64,000 bases of DNA from an uncultured Gammaproteobacteria bacterium (GCA_964497535.1 CAZCCG010000002.1:234972-298971); one strand, 5' to 3'; positions 10,100 through 20,768 are shown, numbered from the stretch's first letter. Made by a program: numbers and translations. The notes: generated by a model not told the origin, from the letters alone.

Positions 10100-11917
10100 T
10101 CACTCAATAGATGAACTTTCCGGTATTTTCAGCCCACTCTTTTTTTCCAGTACTTTTGCAACTTCTGCTGTAAATGTGCTCAGTTCTTGTTGATCTACTT
10201 TCTTTTCCTTTTTATAAATAGTAATTTTACTTTTATCAAGAGGAACGTATATTCTTTTAATCATCTTAAAACTTGATAATAGATGATTGTCTTTGCCAAG
10301 TGACTGGAAAATTCCATCAAGTAAGGCATAATTTTGTGGGCCAAAATGATTATCTATAACAATGCCTGATTTGATTACAATGTAATTAGCATTTTCAAAA
10401 GAATGCTGTACCCGTGCAGTAACGACATCATAATTTGTGTAATTTGCTCCTACAAAATTATCGATTTGTATAGGTTTTAATCTATGGTATTCATTGAGAG
10501 AATACATTCCCAAATCTACCGGTCTATAACTAAATACTGTAACTACTAAAGGATCTTGAATATGAGATTTTTTGCTATCTTGCTCTATGAATCTGAGTAA
10601 TTCTTGTCCTTTGGCAACATTTTGTGTCGGCGCCCATACAACAGGCGCAAAATGAATCGTACGGGCATGTCCAAGTGGCATGGGAACTACCACAGAAGCA
10701 AGGCCACGATTCATAGGACCCACAGCCCATACTCCTCCCAGGAAATTACAAATACCATATACAACAATGAAAAAAACTATACTTATCCGCACTATTTTTT
10801 GTGGGATTACCAGGAAAATACTTGCTGATAAAATAGCTAGTATTGGGTACAGAGGAACAATGTAGCGGTCATCTTTTATGATTGTCCCGAATGAAAAAGC
10901 TAAATAGGGAAGCAAAAATGCTAAAAGGATGAATAACATTTTCTTCCAATGGATTATACTTGCGATAAAACCTGCTACAAAAAGGGCGAAAAAGAAAAAT
11001 GTAAGCTGCTCAAATACTTTAAAATAATAAGCAGCAGATTGCAATGAAAGATGATGCTGATAAGGCTTGGGTACCACAGTCCACAGTACTCCTCCTAATG
11101 CTTGGGACTTAAAATAATCACCAAAGAAAGTAGAAGCATTTAATACATAAGGTATAGAACCTGGAATAATTCCCAAAAGAATAATTAAAATTATATTATT
11201 AAAGGATTTGTTCCGTTGCTCTTTTGTTTGCCGGATTACCTGATATAAAACAAATATCAATGGTCCACCTACAAAAAGTGGTGTAACCCACCGAACAAAA
11301 ATTCCATATCCGAATGTTAATGCGAAGAGAATACTATAGTTGCGTCGGGTAAATAGCTTTGATTTCGCCAAAAAGAGCAATGACATAGTAACAAAACATG
11401 TGGTAGCAGTCTCAGAATAGGTGAAATGCAAATAGAACAGACTCCATCCATATGTTGTGAAAATAAATGATGCCACAAGTGCCCATTTTTTCCCCAAGAA
11501 TTCTTTTGCCAGAAAATAAACTCCCAGAATTGTTGTTACATACAATAACCCATTTACCCATAATCCCCATTTATACGAATTATCCAAACCAAATACTATG
11601 AGAAACGGCAGAATGATAAAGGAATATCCAGGTTGCCGAAAGGGTATAAATTCAATCATCTTCACAGGGGTATCTGTCGAAGGATTTTGAAGAAGCTTGT
11701 AAAAGCCAGTCGCCATCTCCATATAATGTTGTTCATCCATTTCAGGAGTCTGGTATGTCTGAAAGATATAGAGTGTATGACTTATTAGAATTATAAGAGA
11801 AATTAATAGAACTATACCAAGATATCGATCGAAGTGAGTAAAATATAAGTTTTTTATCTTTGCACTAATAGTTTCTTTTTTGATTCTTGCCTGGATTTGT
11901 TGTTTCTTCTTTTTCAT
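10100..11917 (-). CDS. Polytopic membrane protein with C-terminal soluble domain. GT-C-like (ArnT/PMT-type, DE motif in first loop).
   Basis: 605 aa. PEMDEQHYMEMATGF (DE motif) after TM1. About 11 hydrophobic segments. Hydrophilic C-terminal domain of about 180 aa. Confidence 0.6.
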   Translation of the reverse strand: MKKKKQQIQARIKKETISAKIKNLYFTHFDRYLGIVLLISLIILISHTLYIFQTYQTPEMDEQHYMEMATGFYKLLQNPSTDTPVKMIEFIPFRQPGYSFIILPFLIVFGLDNSYKWGLWVNGLLYVTTILGVYFLAKEFLGKKWALVASFIFTTYGWSLFYLHFTYSETATTCFVTMSLLFLAKSKLFTRRNYSILFALTFGYGIFVRWVTPLFVGGPLIFVLYQVIRQTKEQRNKSFNNIILIILLGIIPGSIPYVLNASTFFGDYFKSQALGGVLWTVVPKPYQHHLSLQSAAYYFKVFEQLTFFFFALFVAGFIASIIHWKKMLFILLAFLLPYLAFSFGTIIKDDRYIVPLYPILAILSASIFLVIPQKIVRISIVFFIVVYGICNFLGGVWAVGPMNRGLASVVVPMPLGHARTIHFAPVVWAPTQNVAKGQELLRFIEQDSKKSHIQDPLVVTVFSYRPVDLGMYSLNEYHRLKPIQIDNFVGANYTNYDVVTARVQHSFENANYIVIKSGIVIDNHFGPQNYALLDGIFQSLGKDNHLLSSFKMIKRIYVPLDKSKITIYKKEKKVDQQELSTFTAEVAKVLEKKSGLKIPESSSIE

Positions 11918-12009
11918 TCTGAGTGCATACTGCTCGGCAATTATACTATATTTTATGAGCTTGTTCGTATTGCAATTAAAAACGTGCTCAACTATAATTT
12001 CCTCAACAG

Positions 12010-13503
12010 ATGAATTTATTATTAGCTTTTCTCATCCCAATTCTAAGTTTTATTCTTCAATCCTACCCACGATTATTTAATAAATTGTTCGGCGTAGATG
12101 TATGGACTAGACTTCTGGAAACAGAGCATATTCGAAAAAATCACCATACTGTTCCCAATTACAAACTTGAAGATCAATTTATTATTGATGGATATTTTGA
12201 TTATCCACCCGTATTCCCTACGCTTCTTTCTTTTTTCCCCAAAAAAACCTTACTTCATATCCAGGGATTTGTAGCTCCATTTTTTGATGCGCTTCAAGTA
12301 CTCTTGGTTTATTATGTGACCTATTACCTAACCGGTAATGTTCAAGTATCACTTCTGGCACAACTGATGTATATGATGACCCCCATGATTGCTATTGAAA
12401 ATAGCTATCTTACTCCCCGGTCTTTGGGATATCTCAATTTTACACTCGCGGTTTTACCTCTGGTTTTGTACTACTATAGTCATCAACCGATATTTTTCCT
12501 TCTTGGAATTATCTTTACATTTCTACTTTTTTTGACTCATCGCTTTGCTATTCAATCATTCTTTTTTATCATGATATTCTTTACGTTCTTCCTTAATACT
12601 CCCATCTTTTTCCAAAGCTTTGTAATTGGTTTTGCGCTCGCGTTACTTATTACAAAAGGCTATTACCTGCGAGTTCTCAAAGGTCATTTATACAATATCT
12701 ATTTTTGGGTAAAGAATTTGGATTACCGGTTTGCCCATCAGATCCGTGGTATCTCCAAAAAAAGCGCAAAAAAGGATTTGATTGAAAGAATATACCAGTT
12801 CCTCACAGTGTTCTCACCGATTGCGGTTTTTGGGCTCAATCCCTGGAGCTTAAGCGGATTTCTTATTCCTCTTGCATTTTATTTTGCGCTCTTACCTGTG
12901 TCTCCAATTCTTCTGACCCTTGCTGCTTGGATTCTTTTCTTTTATGTATTAGGAGTCGTTGTATTAAAAACCAAACAGCTCATGCCAATCGGCGAAGGAC
13001 AACGCTATATGGAAATGGCAACTGTTCCCTCCTCAATTCTCTCTTCATATATATTCTTCCAACTATTAAATACGCAATTTAAAACTCCGGCCGTTATTAT
13101 TCTAGTTGCATTACTACTTTTCACTTTTGTACTGATTATCGTTATCCAAATTAAAGGTGTCATCAAGGATCGTAACAGAAGTATTACAGAAGACTTGGTA
13201 AACATATTTGAATATATTAATAAACAAAAAGATACGATGCGCATCGTATGCATCCCTCACCAAAATACAACAATGACTGTCTATCATACCAAGGCACAAG
13301 TGTTAGTAAACGCAGATAACCCTGGGCTTATGAGGATTCAGGATGTGTATCCGATTTTAAGAATGCCGGTTAAGGAACTTGCCAAGAAATATCATCTTAC
13401 CCATGCATTAGTCAAAGAAAGCTTTGCCACGCTTAAGGAATTAGGCCTATCTCAAAAAGATGTAATTTTTTCATCAGGGGATGTCCTCCTTGTTCAACTG
13501 TAA
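12010..13503 (+). CDS. Polytopic membrane protein (497 aa) with C-terminal soluble region. Function unknown. Shares a YMEMAT motif with its divergent neighbour.
   Basis: Long ORF, many hydrophobic segments. GEGQRYMEMATV near residue 330. Confidence 0.55.
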   Translation: MNLLLAFLIPILSFILQSYPRLFNKLFGVDVWTRLLETEHIRKNHHTVPNYKLEDQFIIDGYFDYPPVFPTLLSFFPKKTLLHIQGFVAPFFDALQVLLVYYVTYYLTGNVQVSLLAQLMYMMTPMIAIENSYLTPRSLGYLNFTLAVLPLVLYYYSHQPIFFLLGIIFTFLLFLTHRFAIQSFFFIMIFFTFFLNTPIFFQSFVIGFALALLITKGYYLRVLKGHLYNIYFWVKNLDYRFAHQIRGISKKSAKKDLIERIYQFLTVFSPIAVFGLNPWSLSGFLIPLAFYFALLPVSPILLTLAAWILFFYVLGVVVLKTKQLMPIGEGQRYMEMATVPSSILSSYIFFQLLNTQFKTPAVIILVALLLFTFVLIIVIQIKGVIKDRNRSITEDLVNIFEYINKQKDTMRIVCIPHQNTTMTVYHTKAQVLVNADNPGLMRIQDVYPILRMPVKELAKKYHLTHALVKESFATLKELGLSQKDVIFSSGDVLLVQL

Positions 13504-13507
13504 TAAT

Positions 13508-14227
13508 CTAACCAAGGTCAGTCCAGCGAAAAGTTAGGTGCGAATCTACAATTTTAAATCCACACGTTCCATAAGCTCTCAAAGCAGGAATATTCCCCAT
13601 TTGTGTTTCTATAGTAAGTTTTTCTATATTCCACTTTTTAAAATACGCAAAAGACTCCTGGATAAGTTTTTTTGCGGTTCCTTTTCCTCTGGCATCTTTT
13701 GAAACAGCTATTAATGGAATATGACCGTTTCTTGAGAGTGTCAAAAATCCCAAAATAGTATCTTCTTCTGTATATATCAAAACAGTATCTGCTGCTTCAC
13801 CTTTTATGGAATTCTCAATCCACTTACCGTAAAGCTCGTCTGCTTTTTCTTTTTGAATTACAGAATCATTGTAGAATCTATTGAGTTCAAATGATGTTTG
13901 CGCAATGTGCTTGAGCTTTTCCAAATCTTCCAGGCTGGCCGGATGAATATACTCCGATTTGGTTTTTGGAGCCTCAAATTGTGTTAACTCCAAACTAATC
14001 AGACCATCAACCAACCGAAACACATGATCTTCAAGGCTATGAATCAGTTTAAAATCATTTGCATGGACTCGATATGTCGCGTAGCGGACGTGCTCTTTTT
14101 TTAAATTCTCAACTAACTCCGAAATGGTAGCGTCAACATCTCCTAAAGATTCTATAGTGGTTATTTTTGCAACAGCAAAACCAAATAAGGTTGTGTCAAA
14201 TAACTGAGGTTCAAATGAATAGTTCAT
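13508..14227 (-). CDS. GNAT-family N-acyltransferase, WecD/TDP-fucosamine acetyltransferase-like (N-terminal domain plus C-terminal GNAT fold).
   Basis: C-terminal IAVSKDARGKGTAKKLIQES...NIPALRAYGTCGFKIV matches the GNAT acetyl-CoA binding motif (R/Q-x-x-G-x-G/A). 4-nt overlap with the upstream aminotransferase gene. Confidence 0.75.
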   Translation of the reverse strand: MNYSFEPQLFDTTLFGFAVAKITTIESLGDVDATISELVENLKKEHVRYATYRVHANDFKLIHSLEDHVFRLVDGLISLELTQFEAPKTKSEYIHPASLEDLEKLKHIAQTSFELNRFYNDSVIQKEKADELYGKWIENSIKGEAADTVLIYTEEDTILGFLTLSRNGHIPLIAVSKDARGKGTAKKLIQESFAYFKKWNIEKLTIETQMGNIPALRAYGTCGFKIVDSHLTFRWTDLG

Positions 14228-15378
14228 TTGCGATATTTTTTAACTAAAGCGCCGATTGTCTCGATAATATAGGTAACATCATCCTCACTCATTCCAGGAT
14301 ATAGAGGCAGAGAAATCAACCCTTCAAAAGTCTTATCGGTAACAGGGAACATCTTTTTGTCAATATCAAAATTCTTTTTGTAATACGTGAATAAATAGAG
14401 AGGGATGTAATATACTGTGGCACCGATTCCTGCCTCTTTTAACTCTTCCATAAAAGCATTTCGGTCAATCTTTAGCATGCTTGTCTCCAGTTGAATCGAG
14501 TAAATATTGCGTGCATGTTTTATATTCTTCCCAACATAGGGAGTTATAATCTCAGGAATTTGGGAAAATGCTTTATCATATAGTGCTGCATACTTCTCTC
14601 TGGTTTTTATAAAACCATCCAATTTGGCAAGTTGATGAATTCCCAAGGCTGCCGAAATATCGGTCATATTATATTTAAAACCTGCATCCACAATATCATA
14701 GAGCCATGACCCTGCTGCTGAATGTCTTTTCCACGCGTCTTTACTCATGCCATGCAACCGAAGCTCCGACAATCTCCCAGCATACTGCTCGTTGTTTGTG
14801 GTAACTACTCCTCCATCCCCTGTTGACATATTTTTGACAGGATGAAATGAAAAGCAGGTTAAGTCGGATATTGCACCAATCTTTTTCCCTTTATATTCTG
14901 CTCCGATTGCAGTTGCAGCATCTTCAATAAGAATAAGATTATGTTTTTTTGCAATTTTGCGAAGCTGGTCATAATTACACGGTTGTCCTCCATAATCCAT
15001 TGGCATAATTGCTTTTGTGTTTTTGGTAATTTTTGCTTCGATCAAATCGGGATTTATATTAAGCGTTTGTGGATCAATATCGACAAATACCGGAGTAGCA
15101 CCGCTATGGATGATTGTGTTGGGAGTAGCAGCCATTGTAAATATTGTTGTGATTACCTCATCACCTTTCTCAATTCCTGCTGCCAAAAGAGAGATATGAA
15201 GTGCTGCTGTACAGGAAGTTACAGCTATAGCATATTTGGATCCAACATATTTTTTGATTCGTTCTTCAAAATCCTTTGTCCTTGGGCCGAGTGTTACCCA
15301 TCCTGAATCAAGAGCTGCCAAAACCTCATCTTTTTCTTCTTTTCCAAATACCGGCTGAGCATAATGAATATATTTCAT
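14224..15378 (-). CDS. DegT/DnrJ/EryC1/StrS-family PLP-dependent sugar aminotransferase (nucleotide-4-keto-6-deoxyhexose transaminase type).
   Basis: QPVFGKEEKDEVLAALDSGWVTLGPRTKDFEERI N-terminus. SFHPVKNMSTGDGGVV with the canonical PLP-Lys. 384 aa. Confidence 0.85.
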   Translation of the reverse strand: MKYIHYAQPVFGKEEKDEVLAALDSGWVTLGPRTKDFEERIKKYVGSKYAIAVTSCTAALHISLLAAGIEKGDEVITTIFTMAATPNTIIHSGATPVFVDIDPQTLNINPDLIEAKITKNTKAIMPMDYGGQPCNYDQLRKIAKKHNLILIEDAATAIGAEYKGKKIGAISDLTCFSFHPVKNMSTGDGGVVTTNNEQYAGRLSELRLHGMSKDAWKRHSAAGSWLYDIVDAGFKYNMTDISAALGIHQLAKLDGFIKTREKYAALYDKAFSQIPEIITPYVGKNIKHARNIYSIQLETSMLKIDRNAFMEELKEAGIGATVYYIPLYLFTYYKKNFDIDKKMFPVTDKTFEGLISLPLYPGMSEDDVTYIIETIGALVKKYRK

Positions 15379-16466
15379 AGATTTTCCAAAACTTGAAGGG
15401 CAATTCGTGCTGTATTATCCCAATTATACACTTTTGCTAAAACGATTGCATTATGTTGTAATAGTTGATAAAGATTTTTATCTCGTAATAATCGTACTGT
15501 TTTACTAGCCAGATCTGATGGATTCTTATAAGCCAAAAGTCCTGTCTTTTCATCTTGAATAACATCTCGACTGCCGGATACATCATATGCAACTGAAGGT
15601 GTCCCCATATATCCTGCTTCAGGAATTACCAAACCCCACCCTTCATGAACAGATGGCATCAAAAGGATATGAGCCTTACCTAATAATTCAAACTTTTTCT
15701 CTTCAGATACGAATCCCCAAAAGACGGTATCATTTTTCATGTTTAAGTTCGTAACTTTATTTTTCAAATACTCTAAATAATCTTTCTGTCCTGACCCAAC
15801 AAGCCACAGTTTTGCAGATGAAATTTCTAAATGGATTTTTGAAAACGCATCAATAACATCCTCAACACCTTTTTGTTTATTCATCCTTCCTAAATAAATA
15901 ACAGTAGGATTTTTCTCTTTTTTTTGTAGAGATATTCCCTTGGGAAGAGACAATCCCATTGGGATAACGGTTATATTTTGGGCAGAAAAACCTTCTCCAA
16001 CAAGATCCTTCTTTGTTGAATCCGAGATAGCTAATGTTGGGACATTTCTATAATAAGATACATATATTTTTTCAATTGATCTCCAAAATGCAGAAAGAGG
16101 AAAGGAAAAGATATTAGGAAAAAGATTTTTTGCCACCTCGCATGCAAGTAGTACTGTTTTTTTATTGTAAACTTTACTGAAAAATGGAAACCAATGTACT
16201 TCATCTATTACAACATCAGTATTATTTTTCAAACTAAGAAAGTAGTAAAAAAATGCCAGAATATGTACATTCCACCATTGACCTTTTCTGATAAATCGTA
16301 CGCCATCGATTATTTCATTCTCTTGTGCTCCTGGAAATTTTGAAGAGAATTGAGTAACTCTATTTCCCCATTTTACCCATCGCTTTGCCATCTCGTGAGT
16401 GAGTATCTCTGCACCTCCACCTGCTGGATTTTTGATATCGCGCCAATTAAGAATTAAAATATTCAT
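15375..16466 (-). CDS. Glycosyltransferase family 4 (GT-B).
   Basis: PSVHEGWGLVIPEAGYMGTPSVAYDVSG is a classic E-x7-E motif region. Confidence 0.85.
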   Translation of the reverse strand: MNILILNWRDIKNPAGGGAEILTHEMAKRWVKWGNRVTQFSSKFPGAQENEIIDGVRFIRKGQWWNVHILAFFYYFLSLKNNTDVVIDEVHWFPFFSKVYNKKTVLLACEVAKNLFPNIFSFPLSAFWRSIEKIYVSYYRNVPTLAISDSTKKDLVGEGFSAQNITVIPMGLSLPKGISLQKKEKNPTVIYLGRMNKQKGVEDVIDAFSKIHLEISSAKLWLVGSGQKDYLEYLKNKVTNLNMKNDTVFWGFVSEEKKFELLGKAHILLMPSVHEGWGLVIPEAGYMGTPSVAYDVSGSRDVIQDEKTGLLAYKNPSDLASKTVRLLRDKNLYQLLQHNAIVLAKVYNWDNTARIALQVLENL

Positions 16467-16472
16467 AAGAAG

Positions 16473-17276
16473 TTACGGAAGGTTAACTTTGAAGTTCAGC
16501 TCGGGATCATATTTCCATTTCCTGTTATTTTTATCATCATAGTAATGTAAGATACGAAGACGATAAAACACTGCCATTGTATCCCATAACATATGGAAAA
16601 TAGTATTCCAAAACCCTTTTTGGGTAATTGATGAGACGCCTGAGAAATCAAGCTCAACAGGTGCTTCAAAGATACGATTATATCCCAGATAATTTGACAC
16701 TGCCAGTATTTCTATATCAAATGCATATGTTTTTACCAGAAGTCGAGGTGATACATCTTCCAGAACCTTTCTTCTAAAAAATTTCATTCCAACCTGTGTA
16801 TCGCGAATTGATAATCCAAATAAGACTCGTACTAAAAATCGATATCCCCATGATAGAATTTTACGAGTAATTGGATACTGGACTTTTGAAACAGGATGAA
16901 GCTTACTGCCGACAATAATATCGGCATTATACCATTCAAAATGCTCCAAAAGCATTGAAAGTCCATTGGGATTAATATCCATACCAGCATCAATGAATGC
17001 GACAATATCTCCTTTGGAACGTGCCATCCCAAAACGAACCGCATGCCCTTTCCCATGATTATGAGGATATCCAGTTACCAGAATATTAGGTGCTTTTACT
17101 TTTTTAGCGTTTTTTTCTGTATTATCCAGCTCTCCATCTACAACAACAATAATTTCATACGGATAGCGCATTTGATCCATAACATCTTTGATACGAGTAA
17201 GATCTTTTTCAATGGTTTTTTCTTGTTTATAAACGGGGATTATAAGCGAGACAAGACGAGGATTTTTTTCGTTCAT
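16473..17276 (-). CDS. GT2 polyprenyl-phosphate glycosyltransferase-like (DPM1/GtrB/ArnC type).
   Basis: LVSLIIPVYKQEKTIEKDL...YEIIVVVDGELDNTE. 267 aa. Confidence 0.8.
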   Translation of the reverse strand: MNEKNPRLVSLIIPVYKQEKTIEKDLTRIKDVMDQMRYPYEIIVVVDGELDNTEKNAKKVKAPNILVTGYPHNHGKGHAVRFGMARSKGDIVAFIDAGMDINPNGLSMLLEHFEWYNADIIVGSKLHPVSKVQYPITRKILSWGYRFLVRVLFGLSIRDTQVGMKFFRRKVLEDVSPRLLVKTYAFDIEILAVSNYLGYNRIFEAPVELDFSGVSSITQKGFWNTIFHMLWDTMAVFYRLRILHYYDDKNNRKWKYDPELNFKVNLP

Positions 17277-18532
17277 TTTATTTTTTTTGTGCCGATCTTC
17301 CCAACAGCATAAGGGTAGTATAACAAAAGTGTTAAAAGAAGTAAAAATGTAATAACCGTGTTTATGGTGATTAGTTGAATAATAGTACTGTGGAATAAAT
17401 AAATGCCTATGATTTGAGTTATTGCAGCAACAGCAACGATATACATTATAAAAGTTTTATGAATTGATAGAAAAAAATTAGCCAGGAGATAACTGAGAGA
17501 ATACAGTGCTATAAATATCCCAAATATCCCCAGATAGGGAACAATCTGTATATATCCTTGTCCAAAAAGTAAGTGTACCATCAAGCTTGGGAAGAGGAAA
17601 TAAATGAGAAGGACACAAGCGGAAGCCGCAAAAGTAAGGCCAAAACTAATAAAAAGAAAATGAGAATAACGCTGCCCTCTGGCATGGTGTTCTGATACAA
17701 AAGGGAACATAACCAGCATGATAGGTGATACACCAAAGAAAATAATCTTTCCAAGTACGGACAATGCTGCATAGTCACCAGCATTGGAAGCAGGAAGAAA
17801 GTGCCTTGCGAGTATTACATCGGTGGTTATTAACGAAGTTATTGAAAGGGTTGTTATAAATGCTGGAATACTAAAATGAAAAATTTGTTTATGCTGCGTA
17901 AATCCTTTATCATGCAGATGTAACTTGTTAATAAAATATAAAGCAATAAGGTATCCAATGAAAGCTCCAATTGTTACCGCTCCAAACGCGCCTTCTACTT
18001 TGTAGCCTAGGAAAATGAGACAAATAGCAAGTAATAACTTGCTAAAGGTTTCTATTAAGTTAGTTACTGAAAAACCAAAAAAATCAGATATTCCCTGGAG
18101 AACACTTTTATTCAGTATCGACAATAATCCTACAAAAAAGTTAACTACTAATAACAGAACCAATATTGGAGATGACAAATGGAGAAAAGAGGAAATGAAA
18201 GGAGAAAAAAGAAAAAGCACACCACTTGTAATACCTCCAACTATAATTATTTTGGTTCTGAGGAAATGATACATCTTTGATATTCCTGAAATATCACTTT
18301 TCCCTTTATAATCTGATACGAATTTTACTATGATTATAGTAAGTGTCATCATTGGAATTGAGAAGATATAAAGCAAAGATATAAGGCTTTCCAATTCTCC
18401 ATATCCACTTTTCCCAAGCATTCTTCCGGTAACCACATGGTAGAGATAGTTACCAATGTTGAGAAACCCTGTGCCGACAAACATCCAAAAGCTTGCCCGA
18501 ATAAACTTGAATTGCAATATTTTTTTGATCAT
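17273..18532 (-). CDS. Oligosaccharide/polysaccharide flippase (Wzx-like, MOP superfamily).
   Basis: 419 aa, about 12 TM. N-terminus FIRASFWMFVGTGFLNIGNYLYHVVTGRMLGKSGYGELESL typical of PST-family flippases. Confidence 0.7.
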   Translation of the reverse strand: MIKKILQFKFIRASFWMFVGTGFLNIGNYLYHVVTGRMLGKSGYGELESLISLLYIFSIPMMTLTIIIVKFVSDYKGKSDISGISKMYHFLRTKIIIVGGITSGVLFLFSPFISSFLHLSSPILVLLLVVNFFVGLLSILNKSVLQGISDFFGFSVTNLIETFSKLLLAICLIFLGYKVEGAFGAVTIGAFIGYLIALYFINKLHLHDKGFTQHKQIFHFSIPAFITTLSITSLITTDVILARHFLPASNAGDYAALSVLGKIIFFGVSPIMLVMFPFVSEHHARGQRYSHFLFISFGLTFAASACVLLIYFLFPSLMVHLLFGQGYIQIVPYLGIFGIFIALYSLSYLLANFFLSIHKTFIMYIVAVAAITQIIGIYLFHSTIIQLITINTVITFLLLLTLLLYYPYAVGKIGTKKIK

Positions 18533-19719
18533 GATACGAAATATCCCTGGCTAAAAAACCCAAGGAGAGCAATATGGAGTAGAGCAAAAATAAGCAGTAG
18601 TATCCACTGAAGGTATTTATTTTTAACTGCACCCAAGGAAATAAAAATACTGAGTGAGAGTAATGCATATCTGGGAATGGAAGAAAAAGTACCCGTAAGG
18701 CTTGGAACAATAATTTGCGAAAGAGAAAAAAGGGTTAACCCCAAAAGAAATGCAAATTTTTCTGTCTTTTTCTTTCTGATAAGTTGTATCAATTGATAAC
18801 ACAGGATAAAAAAAACAAATGTGAAAATAATACATTCTATAACTGAAATGAAATATTGAAATGACAGATCAGATTGTAAGAATATTTTTGCGTAGCGGTA
18901 ATAAACCTGAGGGAGAATAATAAGAGAGGTCGAACGGTGTGCACCAAAAGCAGATTGAGCATGGAAGAAGAACAAAGGATCACCGGTAGTCTTTAATAAA
19001 TACCACGCATAGAGCATAAACCCAAGTATTGGCGCAGCGATAGTTATAATTAATTTCTTTTCTATTTTTTTTGACTTTTTAAAATCACCCAGTACTACCA
19101 GAAAAATCTGAAACGATACAAAAATACCCATAAGCCGCGTTAAAGCTGCCAGAAACGACGAGATAAAAAGAGAAAAAGCTTTTGTATGAATTACATTGTA
19201 GAGAGAAAATGTAAATAAGAAGAAAAATAAACCCTCAGTATATACTGCAGAGAGAAAAAATGAGGTAGGAAAGGCAAGAAATAAGATAAGTGCAAAAAAA
19301 ACGTTCCGTTTATCACTCAGGCAATACTCAAGGATTCTTGTGAAATAATAAAGACCTCCAAAAGCTGCTACATTTGAAATTATTATTCCTGCCAGTAAGT
19401 AATTCTGAAGGAATAACGGAGCAATCAACCTCATCAGTAAGGGATATAGCGGAAAGTATGCCTGGTTGTAATTATAGTAACCATCTCTTGCGATAATAAT
19501 ATAATGTGCTCCATCAAAATTTGCTAAAGATGAGAGAAGATGAGGCAAATGTGAAGCTATAAGTTCTTCTTTATAGGGAAAGAATCCAAGATAGGGAATA
19601 AAATGGGGAGTAACCAGAACAATAATGAAATCAATAATTTTAAAGCCAAGAAACAGAAGGAAAACTGTTTTGAGCGAAATAAAAGTATTTTTTCCAAGGA
19701 TAGGAATTGTTTTTTTCAT
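18529..19719 (-). CDS. Polytopic membrane glycosyltransferase, PIG-V/Mannosyl_trans2 (GT76)-like.
   Basis: FDGAHYIIIARDGYYNYNQAYFPLYPLLMR resembles the conserved wD..hyl.IA..GY...AFfPl.P motif of GPI mannosyltransferase-2-like proteins. 396 aa, multi-TM. Confidence 0.5.
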   Translation of the reverse strand: MKKTIPILGKNTFISLKTVFLLFLGFKIIDFIIVLVTPHFIPYLGFFPYKEELIASHLPHLLSSLANFDGAHYIIIARDGYYNYNQAYFPLYPLLMRLIAPLFLQNYLLAGIIISNVAAFGGLYYFTRILEYCLSDKRNVFFALILFLAFPTSFFLSAVYTEGLFFFLFTFSLYNVIHTKAFSLFISSFLAALTRLMGIFVSFQIFLVVLGDFKKSKKIEKKLIITIAAPILGFMLYAWYLLKTTGDPLFFFHAQSAFGAHRSTSLIILPQVYYRYAKIFLQSDLSFQYFISVIECIIFTFVFFILCYQLIQLIRKKKTEKFAFLLGLTLFSLSQIIVPSLTGTFSSIPRYALLSLSIFISLGAVKNKYLQWILLLIFALLHIALLGFFSQGYFVS

Positions 19720-20768
19720 TCTCTTTTTATAGCTTTATAAACCTCTATTGTATTGCCGGCAGTTTTTCTCCACGAGAATTCCTTTACTCTCTCTTGTCCT
19801 TGTATGGAAAGTTTTTTTCGCAATTGGCTATTTTTGAAAACTTCATCAATTCCTTTCGCAATATCATTCGTATCATATGGATTGACATAATATGCCGCTT
19901 CACCCGCTATTTCGGCAAGAGAACCTTCCTGTGTTGTGATAACCGGACACCCACATGCCATTGCCTCCAAAACCGGTAACCCAAAACCCTCATATAAGGA
20001 TGGCATAACAAATACTGTAGCAATATTATAGAGCCCCACCAAATCTTGGGTAGGAATAAATCCTAAAGCGTGTATATTCCTACTGTCTGCAATCTTTTCC
20101 TGGACAATCATTCGATCCTTATTCCAGGGATTTTTTTTATCAAAATCATTTTCTGTAATAGCTTTTCCTACTAAAACCAGTGGCAGACCGATCTGCTCTA
20201 TTGCTTCAATCAGCCGGGGGATATTTTTGTTTCCGGTGATATCTCCTACATACAAAACAAAATTCTGCGGTAGAGAATATTTTTTTCGTAGATATTGCAC
20301 TGATTGGGAAGACAATTTACGGAAGGATTCATCCGCAGCCAGGTACACAACATGAATTTTTGAAAGAGGGATATGTGTTAATCTATTGATATCTTTTTTC
20401 GAACAGGTTGAGTCGGTAATAATTCCATCGACAAAGCTGAGAAGAAATTTCTGAAGGCTCCATTTTAAAATTCCTCTGATCCCGCTGGGAAATGTATCTT
20501 TGAATATGATTGGTATTAAATCGTGTATTGTAACAACTGTTGTATATTGTTTTACAAATGGTAGTGATAAAAAGAATGGCTCAAAATAAGGAATATGTAA
20601 AATATCACTATCTGCCGGAAGAGATCCCGTAGCGTCAAAAAAAGTATAGTCGTTATCCGGGAAATATTTCTCCAAAGATTTCCGTAGATTGGATATATAA
20701 AAACCCGCACCTCGAACTGTATGCTGGGAATCGGAAACAAGAGGGGAAATATCAAATGCAATTTTCAT
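19716..20768 (-). CDS. Glycosyltransferase family 4 (GT-B).
   Basis: MPSLYEGFGLPVLEAMACGCPVITT is a canonical GT4 E-x7-E motif. Confidence 0.85.
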   Translation of the reverse strand: MKIAFDISPLVSDSQHTVRGAGFYISNLRKSLEKYFPDNDYTFFDATGSLPADSDILHIPYFEPFFLSLPFVKQYTTVVTIHDLIPIIFKDTFPSGIRGILKWSLQKFLLSFVDGIITDSTCSKKDINRLTHIPLSKIHVVYLAADESFRKLSSQSVQYLRKKYSLPQNFVLYVGDITGNKNIPRLIEAIEQIGLPLVLVGKAITENDFDKKNPWNKDRMIVQEKIADSRNIHALGFIPTQDLVGLYNIATVFVMPSLYEGFGLPVLEAMACGCPVITTQEGSLAEIAGEAAYYVNPYDTNDIAKGIDEVFKNSQLRKKLSIQGQERVKEFSWRKTAGNTIEVYKAIKRE

